Made by a program: the position numbers and the translations under genes. Below are positions 9,447 to 16,723 of a stretch of 32,000 nucleotides of DNA, in pieces. The notes below the pieces were generated by a model, which saw nothing but the letters and a program-made list of their open reading frames with translations, did no database searches and was not told the origin of the DNA. Position 1 is the stretch's first letter. Each line of letters begins with the position of its first letter. Origin of the DNA: Candidatus Saccharimonadota bacterium (GTDB lineage: Bacteria > Patescibacteriota > Saccharimonadia > Saccharimonadales > Saccharimonadaceae); contig JAFUBS010000005.1 in assembly GCA_017460105.1 (NCBI GenBank), positions 17,111 through 49,110 on the forward strand. Reading direction: 5' to 3'.

Positions 9447-9480
9447 TATGTAACGAAAATTGGGTAGTTTTCGTTACATA
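9447..9480. promoter_or_regulatory. Perfect 13-bp inverted repeat (tatgtaacgaaaa-N8-ttttcgttacata) overlapping the abiEi promoter region; candidate AbiEi operator
   Basis: The arms at 9447-9459 and 9468-9480 are exact reverse complements. The minus-strand TATAAT at 9438-9443 lies just downstream, and the AAGGAG RBS is at comp. 9426-9431. Confidence 0.45.
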
Positions 9481-9503
9481 ATAAATTCTAAGAAGCTGGA
9501 TTA

Positions 9504-9512
9504 TGATATAAT
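9504..9512 (+). promoter_or_regulatory. Candidate extended -10 promoter (TGATATAAT) for the GT4 gene
   Basis: The 11-mer tatgatataat at 9502-9512 recurs at 10711-10721 and 26110-26120. It lies 30 nt upstream of the ATG at 9543. Confidence 0.4.
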
Positions 9513-9542
9513 ACGTAAGAGATAACAAAGAATAAACTTAAT

Positions 9543-10691
9543 ATGAAAATATTATTTTCATCTGACGTGTGTGAATACCAAATAAGCGGGGCTCATAATT
9601 CAAACGCTGCATTAAAAGATGAGCTAAGAAAACTGGGGCATGATGTCCGGATGCTTGTTTTATCTCCAAACGGTAAATCATATTTTAAGGATAATAATTA
9701 TTATATTGCGTCTAAGCCGATTCCGGTTTATCCGGGGGCAAGGTTTAGTTTAAAAACACATGATAAGTTGATACAAAAAATCATAGATTGGAAACCCGAT
9801 ATTGTCCATGCTCAATCAGAATTTACCACTAAAATTCTTGCAAATAAAATAATAAAAACCCTCAATATTCCATTTGTGGCAACATGCCATACATTATACG
9901 AAGATTATACTGAATATTTTTGCCCAAACAAGAAACTTGGCAAGAAAATTGTGAAAATTATGAGCAATAAAATCTATAACACTTCGGCGACGCTAATTGT
10001 CCCGTCGGAAAAGGTAAAAGCTGTAATGGAAAAATATGGTATAAAATGCCCGATAGAAATCATTCCTTCCGGTATAGATATGAATATCTATAAGAAAAGA
10101 TTGCCCAAAAAAGAAAAAACGAAAATTTTATCCGAATTAGGTTTGCAAAATTCTAATAAATATTTAGTAACAGTATGCAGATTGGCAGCAGAAAAGAATA
10201 TAGATGAGTTACTTAGGTATTTGCCAGCATTAACAAAAAGAGACAAAGACATAAAACTAATCATAGTGGGAGATGGACCATATAAAACAAAATTAGTTAA
10301 GGAAATAAATAAATTGGATATGAGTGACCATGTGATTTTTACCGGTGCGATTTTGCGAGATGAAATATACAAATATTATCAATTGGGGAATATTTTCGTA
10401 TCAGCATCAACGAGTGAGACGCAAGGGCTAACATATGTAGAGGCATTAGCATCTGGGATGCCCATGGTCTGCAAAAAAGATAAATGTCTAGATAGGATAA
10501 TAGAAAAAGGTAGCAACGGATTTGTTTTTGAAAATGAAGATGATTTTATAGAAGGTGTTGAGTCTATATTAAACAATAAGATATTGATGGATGATATGCA
10601 TAAAAATTCCTTGAAAAAATCCAATAATTTTAGCAAAGAAGAGTTTGGTATAAAAGTCGAAAGATTATATAAAAAAGTATTAGACATATAG
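9543..10691 (+). CDS. Glycosyltransferase family 4 (diacylglycerol/lipid glycosyltransferase-like)
   Basis: 382 aa with the GT-B fold pattern. The N-terminus is MKILFSSD.....GA....AALKDELRKLGHDVRMLV, and the C-terminal EX7E-type motif is SETQGLTYVEALASGMPMVC. Confidence 0.85.
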   Translation: MKILFSSDVCEYQISGAHNSNAALKDELRKLGHDVRMLVLSPNGKSYFKDNNYYIASKPIPVYPGARFSLKTHDKLIQKIIDWKPDIVHAQSEFTTKILANKIIKTLNIPFVATCHTLYEDYTEYFCPNKKLGKKIVKIMSNKIYNTSATLIVPSEKVKAVMEKYGIKCPIEIIPSGIDMNIYKKRLPKKEKTKILSELGLQNSNKYLVTVCRLAAEKNIDELLRYLPALTKRDKDIKLIIVGDGPYKTKLVKEINKLDMSDHVIFTGAILRDEIYKYYQLGNIFVSASTSETQGLTYVEALASGMPMVCKKDKCLDRIIEKGSNGFVFENEDDFIEGVESILNNKILMDDMHKNSLKKSNNFSKEEFGIKVERLYKKVLDI

Positions 10692-10712
10692 CCGTAATTT
10701 TGGCGGCGGGTA

Positions 10713-10721
10713 TGATATAAT
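10713..10721 (+). promoter_or_regulatory. Candidate extended -10 promoter (TGATATAAT) for the leader and lipid operon
   Basis: tatgatataat at 10711-10721 is identical to the 11-mers at 9502 and 26110. Confidence 0.4.
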
Positions 10722-10900
10722 AAAAATAGTTCTAGATTTCAATTTCATGGTAAGTCTACCCCTAACAAGGTAGTGTGAAATATCGAACCCTGCGTGGAGC
10801 ACTCGCTCCAGTTGGCTCGATAGCTTACTGTGAAAAATGAAGTCTAGAACACTCCATGGCGAGTGTTCCACTTGGTTATGGGGATAGTATGGAGAAAATC
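10722..10900 (+). ncRNA. Structured 5' leader (riboswitch-like or attenuator-like, class unknown) ahead of the SDR gene and operon
   Basis: This is a locally GC-richer segment within AT-rich DNA. It has a 13-bp closing helix (10729-10741 with 10838-10850, one G-U) and internal hairpins at 10755-10773 and 10781-10822, the latter including GGAGC-actc-GCTCC at 10796-10809. An 8-bp hairpin gaacactc/gagtgttc lies at 10847-10868. An alternative 12-bp pairing joins 10795-10806 to 10859-10870. These helices share nucleotides, so they cannot all form at once. Confidence 0.3.
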
Positions 10901-11899
10901 ATGAAAAAGATCTCACGTAGAGTATTAGTTACTGGCGCTTATGGATTTTTAGGTAAGTATGTTATTGCCGAATTTTTGGATAACGGATATATTGTCGTTG
11001 CTTTTGGCAGAAATAAGCAAAAAATGTCAGCTTTAAAGCAGCAATATCCGGAAATCGAATTGGCTTACGGAGATTTATGTAGTTCGTCAGATTGCTTAAA
11101 GGCTACGAAAAATATTAATATTGTCGCTCATCTCGGTGCACTTTCAACTGTGTGGGGTAAACGATCCGATTTTTTAAAAACCAATGTCGATGGTACTAAA
11201 AACATCTTGGAAGCCTGTCGTAAAAACAAAGTTAATAAACTCGTGTACATATCATCTCCCAGTATTTATGCTGGCAAATCCGATAAATTAGATATAGACG
11301 AAGATGATTATGATAGAGACAACAAATTGAACTACTATATTGAAAGTAAAATTCTAGCCGAGAAAGCTATTGAGAAATATGATGACATTAATTGGACAAT
11401 ACTTCGCCCACGAGGATTATTTGGAGTAGGTGATACAAGTATCGTTCCTAGACTAATACATGCTAACAAGAAAATAGGATTGCCTTTGTTTGGGGGCGGA
11501 AAGAACTATGTAGATATGACGTGCGTCGAAAATGTCGCATACGCAGTGAGGCTCGCAGCAGAAAGTAAAAAGTCATCACATAAGATTTATAATATCACCA
11601 ATGATGAGCCGCAAGAATTCAAAGGATTGCTGGAGGAATTATTTAAGCAACTTGGCGAAACACCAAGATACAAGAATATTAACTTAAGATTCGCCATCTC
11701 GGCCGCAACCGCCATAGAATCAATTTATAAGGTTTTTCATATTTATAAAGAGCCACCAATTACTAAATATACTATCTGCACTTTGGGCTATAGCCAGACT
11801 TTAAATATTGACAAAGCGAAGCGAGATTTGGGATATAAACCAAAGATGACATTAAGCGAAGGAATCGAGAAATATGCAACCAGCCATCAAAAGTGTTAA
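10901..11899 (+). CDS. Extended SDR, NAD-dependent epimerase/dehydratase / 3-beta-HSD family
   Basis: Rossmann motif VLVTGAYGFLGKYV and catalytic YxxxK in NYYIESKILAEK. I chose the start at 10901 because GGAG lies 6 nt upstream. The track start at 10856 falls inside the leader hairpin. Confidence 0.85.
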   Translation: MKKISRRVLVTGAYGFLGKYVIAEFLDNGYIVVAFGRNKQKMSALKQQYPEIELAYGDLCSSSDCLKATKNINIVAHLGALSTVWGKRSDFLKTNVDGTKNILEACRKNKVNKLVYISSPSIYAGKSDKLDIDEDDYDRDNKLNYYIESKILAEKAIEKYDDINWTILRPRGLFGVGDTSIVPRLIHANKKIGLPLFGGGKNYVDMTCVENVAYAVRLAAESKKSSHKIYNITNDEPQEFKGLLEELFKQLGETPRYKNINLRFAISAATAIESIYKVFHIYKEPPITKYTICTLGYSQTLNIDKAKRDLGYKPKMTLSEGIEKYATSHQKC

Positions 11900-12668
11900 G
11901 TATTTTAGTTGTGGATATTGTACAAATAACCTCGGTCGAGTTTTTAAGGGTATGCGTGGCGAAAAAAGAAAATTCCCAGCCGGAGCATTTTTGATTGAGC
12001 ACGCTAAGCATGGGCTGATTCTTTTTGATACAGGTTATTCTGCTAATATTTGTAAAACTGGTTTTGTTGGTAGAGCTTATAATTTCTTTAATCCCACATT
12101 AGTAGAAGAAAATGACGAGCTAAAGTATCAACTTAGTAAAATCGGGACTCGGCCGGAGGATATTAAGACAATCATACTGTCGCATTTGCACCCAGACCAT
12201 ATTGGTGGGCTTAGGAGTTTTGGCAAGGCGAATTTTATTGTCTCAAAAGAAACTATAAATACATACAAAAATAGAAGGATACGAGATTTAATAATGCAGC
12301 GTTTCTTTCCTGCCGATTTTGAAGATAGGGCTAACGTAATTTCAGATAAAATGATGGTAACTGAAGTTCTTGGTGCACTGAAAGGTTATGACTTGTTTAA
12401 TGACGGCAGTTTAATTTTATTAAAGCTAGGTGGTCATGCTAGCGGTCAATTGGGCGCTCTAATAGATAATAAGATTTTGTTAGCAGCAGACTCATGTTGG
12501 GGGAATGATTTAATTGATCTATCGTACCATATGAAGTTTCCCGCATCATTAATACAGGACAATATGAGAGAATATCGTAATACCCTAGATAACTTAAAGT
12601 TATTAAAGAAAAAAGGTATTAATCTGGTATTTAGTCATGATGCAAATAATAAAAAGGAGCTACTATGA
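11874..12668 (+). CDS. MBL-fold metallo-hydrolase (possible thioesterase or lactonase)
   Basis: The HxHxDH motif is in ILSHLHPDHIGGL, with later H/D ligands (GGHASGQ, AADSCW, FSHD). 264 aa. Confidence 0.8.
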   Translation: MQPAIKSVKYFSCGYCTNNLGRVFKGMRGEKRKFPAGAFLIEHAKHGLILFDTGYSANICKTGFVGRAYNFFNPTLVEENDELKYQLSKIGTRPEDIKTIILSHLHPDHIGGLRSFGKANFIVSKETINTYKNRRIRDLIMQRFFPADFEDRANVISDKMMVTEVLGALKGYDLFNDGSLILLKLGGHASGQLGALIDNKILLAADSCWGNDLIDLSYHMKFPASLIQDNMREYRNTLDNLKLLKKKGINLVFSHDANNKKELL

Positions 12669-13942
12669 ATAAAGGCTTAATTCTTAAAACATTTATTCGT
12701 GCCCGCTATTTTCACAAATTTAAAAGTCGAAGAAGGCTGGAAAAATATCAGCAAAAGCAGACAAAAAAACAACTAGATTTCTTCGAACACCATTCCCCGT
12801 ATTTCCAAAAGTTTAGTGGCAAAACTTTTGAAGAGTTGCCGTATATGAATAAAAAAGTCATGATGGATAATTTTGACAGAATGAATACAGCCGGAATATC
12901 AAAGGACGATGCCCTTAAGCTAGCTATTAATAGCGAAAAAAGCCGTGATTTTTCAGAAAAGCTGAATGGCTACTCTGTTGGGCTGTCATCTGGGACAAGT
13001 GGACACCGTGGGGTGTTTGTCCTTAGCGACATTGAGATCGCAACGTGGGTGGGCGGCATGATGGCAAAAATGCTACCGAAAGGTAAGATCTTTGGGACCA
13101 AAGTTGCGTTTTTCCTTCGGGCCGACAATAACTTATATGAGTCATCAAATAGTAAGATACTTAAATTTGAGTTTTTTGACATCTTAAAGCCAATGGAACA
13201 AAATATAATAAAATTACAGGAGTTTCAGCCGACAATTTTGGTCGCACCGCCATCTGTACTGCTCATACTAGCGGAGACTGCCAAAGTCAAGAAGCTGAGC
13301 ATTAATCCAGTAAGGATTATATCAGTTGCAGAAGTATTAACAGAAAAAGACGAACAATATTTGAAAAGGGTTTTCAAGCAAAAGATAATATACCAAGTAT
13401 ATCAATGCACCGAAGGGTTCCTTGGATACACTTGCGAGTATGGCTCCCTACATCTCAACGAGGATGTTGTAGTGGTTGAAAAGGAGTATCTTGACGACAC
13501 AAGATTTACTCCGGTTATCACGGACTTTGTTAGGACGACTCAACCTATTGTCAAATATCGATTAAACGATATTCTGGTTGAAGATAGAAGGCCATGTAAA
13601 TGCGGGACATCTATGACAAGGCTTAAAAAGATCGAAGGAAGGATGGATGATGTTTTTGAATTTGATGGCGTAAATGATAGAACGATAAAAGTATTCCCTG
13701 ATTTTATTTCCAGAGTGGTACTCTACGTGCCCAAAATAAAGAATTATAGAGTAGTACAAGAATCATCCAAAAAAGTCATTTTTTATCTAGATAATATAGA
13801 CATTGAAAATCAAAGACTAATCAAAGAAGAGTTAAAAACTCTCGCTAAGAGAATGCGTTTCAAAATGCCAGCCACTACTTTTAAGAAATATGAATCTGAT
13901 TTTAGTAAAAAGATGAAGCGAGTGGAAAGGATAAAAAAATGA
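12665..13942 (+). CDS. Adenylate-forming enzyme, F390-synthetase / PaaK / LuxE-like family
   Basis: Motif GLSSGTSGHRGVFVLS is the SSGTTG-type adenylation loop, and the size and layout are PaaK-like. AAGGAG lies upstream, and there is an ATGA overlap with the MBL gene. Confidence 0.7.
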   Translation: MNKGLILKTFIRARYFHKFKSRRRLEKYQQKQTKKQLDFFEHHSPYFQKFSGKTFEELPYMNKKVMMDNFDRMNTAGISKDDALKLAINSEKSRDFSEKLNGYSVGLSSGTSGHRGVFVLSDIEIATWVGGMMAKMLPKGKIFGTKVAFFLRADNNLYESSNSKILKFEFFDILKPMEQNIIKLQEFQPTILVAPPSVLLILAETAKVKKLSINPVRIISVAEVLTEKDEQYLKRVFKQKIIYQVYQCTEGFLGYTCEYGSLHLNEDVVVVEKEYLDDTRFTPVITDFVRTTQPIVKYRLNDILVEDRRPCKCGTSMTRLKKIEGRMDDVFEFDGVNDRTIKVFPDFISRVVLYVPKIKNYRVVQESSKKVIFYLDNIDIENQRLIKEELKTLAKRMRFKMPATTFKKYESDFSKKMKRVERIKK

Positions 13943-14871
13943 GAAATTGTAAAATATCGGGCTATGGATATTATTTACCAAAAAACATAGTGACATTTGG
14001 TAATCAAATTAGGTACAGAGCTTCAGGCAAGGAAAATCAACTTTTTATGGCGACAAATGCCGCTAAAAAGGCGATGAAAAATGCTAGGCTAAAACCAGAA
14101 AATATTGATTTGATAATAGCCGCTTCGGCAGTAGGTATCCAACCAATCCCCTGTACGGCAAGCTTAATTCATGAACAAATAATGAACGACTACAACATTC
14201 CTGCTATGGATATTAATACCACTTGTACTAGCTTTATAACCGCACTGGATATTGCATCGTATCTGATTGCAGCTGGAACATATAAAAATATTTTAATTGT
14301 ATCAAGCGAGCTGGCTAGCCCTGGGCTTCCGAAAGATAAAAAAGAAATCTATGAACTATTCTCTGACGGAGCCGCGGCAATTGTACTTTCTCATACTAAC
14401 GATACGAAACGAGGTGTAATAGCCTCTAAACAGTGCACTTGGTCAGAAAGCGCGCACGCGACAGAAATTGTAGGTGGATTAACCGGACTTAATGCCACTA
14501 AAATGAACAATAAAAACCGAGACAAATATTACTTTAAAATGGAGGGGCTCGATATATTACGTGCATGCACGCGAAAATTACCAAAAATGTTTGACGATTT
14601 TAAAAAAGAGACTAATCTATCATTGGACGATGTAGACTTAGTAATCCCACATCAGGCGAGTAAGGCATTGCCCTTGATTATGAAAAAATTGGGAGTACCA
14701 GAAGAAAAATACGTTAATCGTGTTGATAACTTTGGTAATCAAGTGTCCGTTTCGGTTCCATTCATGTTATGCAAAATGCTAGAAGAAGGAAAAATCCATA
14801 CTAGTGACAAAGTAATGCTATGTGGGACTGCAGCAGGGTTAACATCTAATATATTATTAATGGAGATATAA
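13939..14871 (+). CDS. 3-oxoacyl-ACP synthase III-like (KAS III / FabH family) condensing enzyme
   Basis: The Cys-His-Asn triad context is intact: DINTTCTSFITALDIAS, VIPHQASKAL, FGNQVSVSVPFML. 310 aa. Confidence 0.85.
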   Translation: MRNCKISGYGYYLPKNIVTFGNQIRYRASGKENQLFMATNAAKKAMKNARLKPENIDLIIAASAVGIQPIPCTASLIHEQIMNDYNIPAMDINTTCTSFITALDIASYLIAAGTYKNILIVSSELASPGLPKDKKEIYELFSDGAAAIVLSHTNDTKRGVIASKQCTWSESAHATEIVGGLTGLNATKMNNKNRDKYYFKMEGLDILRACTRKLPKMFDDFKKETNLSLDDVDLVIPHQASKALPLIMKKLGVPEEKYVNRVDNFGNQVSVSVPFMLCKMLEEGKIHTSDKVMLCGTAAGLTSNILLMEI

Positions 14872-14872
14872 A

Positions 14873-15109
14873 ATGTTGGAAGAATTTAAAAAGTTTCTAG
14901 ATGAGGAATTGGGCATAGACGATGATATTACATTAGAAACTAGCCTAAGAGACGATTTGATGATTGATAGCTTGGCGACTACGCAATTAGTGCTCTCACT
15001 TGAAGAAAAATACAATATAAAAGTAGAGCAAAGCGAGCTCGCTAAACTAAAGACCGTAAAGAATTGTTTGGATTTGCTAGCGGAGAAAGGTATAGAAAGT
15101 GCCAATTGA
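14873..15109 (+). CDS. Acyl carrier protein
   Basis: 78 aa and acidic, with the phosphopantetheine attachment motif DSL in DDLMIDSLATTQLVLSLEE. Confidence 0.85.
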   Translation: MLEEFKKFLDEELGIDDDITLETSLRDDLMIDSLATTQLVLSLEEKYNIKVEQSELAKLKTVKNCLDLLAEKGIESAN

Positions 15110-15464
15110 TAAACTGAAGAAGATTTTAGCCGATTTCGATAGTTCTGAAGCAACCGAATTTGAGTACGAGGATGCCGATTTTAGAGTTTCTATAAAGAAG
15201 AATGGTCCTAAAACGGATCAAGAAAAGACTGACTATTCAGATAAACATATTTTGTCGCCGCTGGTAGGCACTTATTATGATGTATCCCCAACCATACAAA
15301 TAAACGAAAGAGTTAAAGAAGGTCAGTCTTTATGTATCATTGAAAGCATGAAAATAATGAATAAAATTTGTGCACCGGCTGATTTGATTATTAGAAAAAC
15401 GTATTTTGAAAACGGAGAGAGTGTAGAATTTGGCTCTAAGCTTTTTGAGGTTGATTATATATGA
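15099..15464 (+). CDS. accB: Biotin carboxyl carrier protein (short form)
   Basis: GTG start with GGAGAAAGG upstream. The biotinyl-lysine motif is CIIESMKIMNKI (E[A/S]MKxM) in a C-terminal lipoyl-like fold. Confidence 0.85.
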   Translation: MPIDKLKKILADFDSSEATEFEYEDADFRVSIKKNGPKTDQEKTDYSDKHILSPLVGTYYDVSPTIQINERVKEGQSLCIIESMKIMNKICAPADLIIRKTYFENGESVEFGSKLFEVDYI

Positions 15465-16723
15465 TTCAAAAAGTACTAATTGCAAATAGAGGAGAAATAG
15501 CAGTAAGAATAATACAGACCTGCCGTATTTTGGGTATTAGAACGGTTGTGGCATACTCAAAATGCGATAAAGATACTATGGCGGTATTCTTGGCTGATGA
15601 GGCGATTTGTATTGGTGATAGCAGTCCATCGGATTCGTATCTCAACATTCCAGCAATTCTAGAGGCGGCAAAAAATACGGGATGTGATTCTTTGCATCCA
15701 GGGTATGGCTTTTTAAGCGAAAATGATGAGTTTGCAAAACGAGCCCATGAAAGTGGAATTATATTTATTGGGCCATCAAGCAACATTTTAGAAAAAACTG
15801 CAAATAAATTCCGAATGAAAGAAACGGCAAGAAAATTAGGAATTCCAGTTATCCCATCAGCTGATGAAGATAAATGTCCACTAATGATTAAATCAAGCTA
15901 TGGTGGTGGCGGAAAAGGCATAAAAATAGTAAAAAACAGAGGGGATTTCGACTATTGTCTCAAATCTGCCAAACTAAGTTTGAATACTGGGTTTAGTGGA
16001 GACAATTTCTTCTTGGAACAAATAATAGATTTATATAAGCATATAGATATACAGTTTGTTGCGGACAAATTCGGCAAAATTTCTATTCTACCGGCCAGAG
16101 ACTGCTCCGTGCAATCACATTATCAGAAGGTTATCGAAGAAACCCCAGTGTCTAATATACCAAAAGAGCTATTGGAAAAAATGGAACAAGACGCTGTCAA
16201 ACTTATAAAAGAGGTTGGATTTGATAATGTCGGGACGATTGAGTTTTTGGTGGATAAACAGATGAACTATTATTTTCTTGAAATAAATTCTAGATTGCAA
16301 GTCGAACATACTGTAACAGAAGAGGCTACGGGTATAGATCTTGTTGAACAGCAGATCAGAATAGCTTCAGGTCAGAAGAATCGTCTTCCTATGAAAGTGA
16401 GTGCTAAAAAATGTGCCATCGAATGCAGGCTATCTGCTAAGGATAATGGCGAGCTTAATATATTTAGCTTACCTACGGGAAAAGATGTGCGAATAGACAC
16501 ATATATTTATCAAGGATACCGAATAAAGCCATATTATGATCCGCTGATTGCAAAAATAATAGTAAGCGACAAGGAAAGGCGGAGGGCGATCTCAAAGATG
16601 AAACTCGCACTTGATGAAATAATTATTTTAGGTGCTCATACTAACGTTGATGAACTCTACGAGACTATTAGCCGAGAAGATTATATAGTGGGTAGCTATA
16701 GCTATTTTGGAGAGAATGAGTAA
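15461..16723 (+). CDS. accC: Biotin carboxylase
   Basis: KVLIANRGEIAVRIIQTCRILGI, the ATP-grasp loop KSSYGGGGKGIKIV, and EINSRLQVEHTVTE. At 420 aa it is somewhat shorter than the usual ~450. Confidence 0.92.
   Translation: MIQKVLIANRGEIAVRIIQTCRILGIRTVVAYSKCDKDTMAVFLADEAICIGDSSPSDSYLNIPAILEAAKNTGCDSLHPGYGFLSENDEFAKRAHESGIIFIGPSSNILEKTANKFRMKETARKLGIPVIPSADEDKCPLMIKSSYGGGGKGIKIVKNRGDFDYCLKSAKLSLNTGFSGDNFFLEQIIDLYKHIDIQFVADKFGKISILPARDCSVQSHYQKVIEETPVSNIPKELLEKMEQDAVKLIKEVGFDNVGTIEFLVDKQMNYYFLEINSRLQVEHTVTEEATGIDLVEQQIRIASGQKNRLPMKVSAKKCAIECRLSAKDNGELNIFSLPTGKDVRIDTYIYQGYRIKPYYDPLIAKIIVSDKERRRAISKMKLALDEIIILGAHTNVDELYETISREDYIVGSYSYFGENE

Noticed and set aside
10722-10900. Assigning the leader to a known riboswitch class or T-box
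   Set aside because: I could not find the T-box consensus or the conserved cores of the TPP, SAM, FMN, glycine, c-di-GMP, preQ1 or ykkC classes that I remember. It remains an unclassified candidate.
11874-12668. MBL-fold protein as a quorum-quenching AHL lactonase
   Set aside because: Only the generic HxHxDH fold motif is visible. Its operon context with a KAS III-like gene, ACP and adenylase argues for a pathway role (thioesterase or lactone hydrolase) rather than a stand-alone lactonase, and this cannot be settled from sequence alone.
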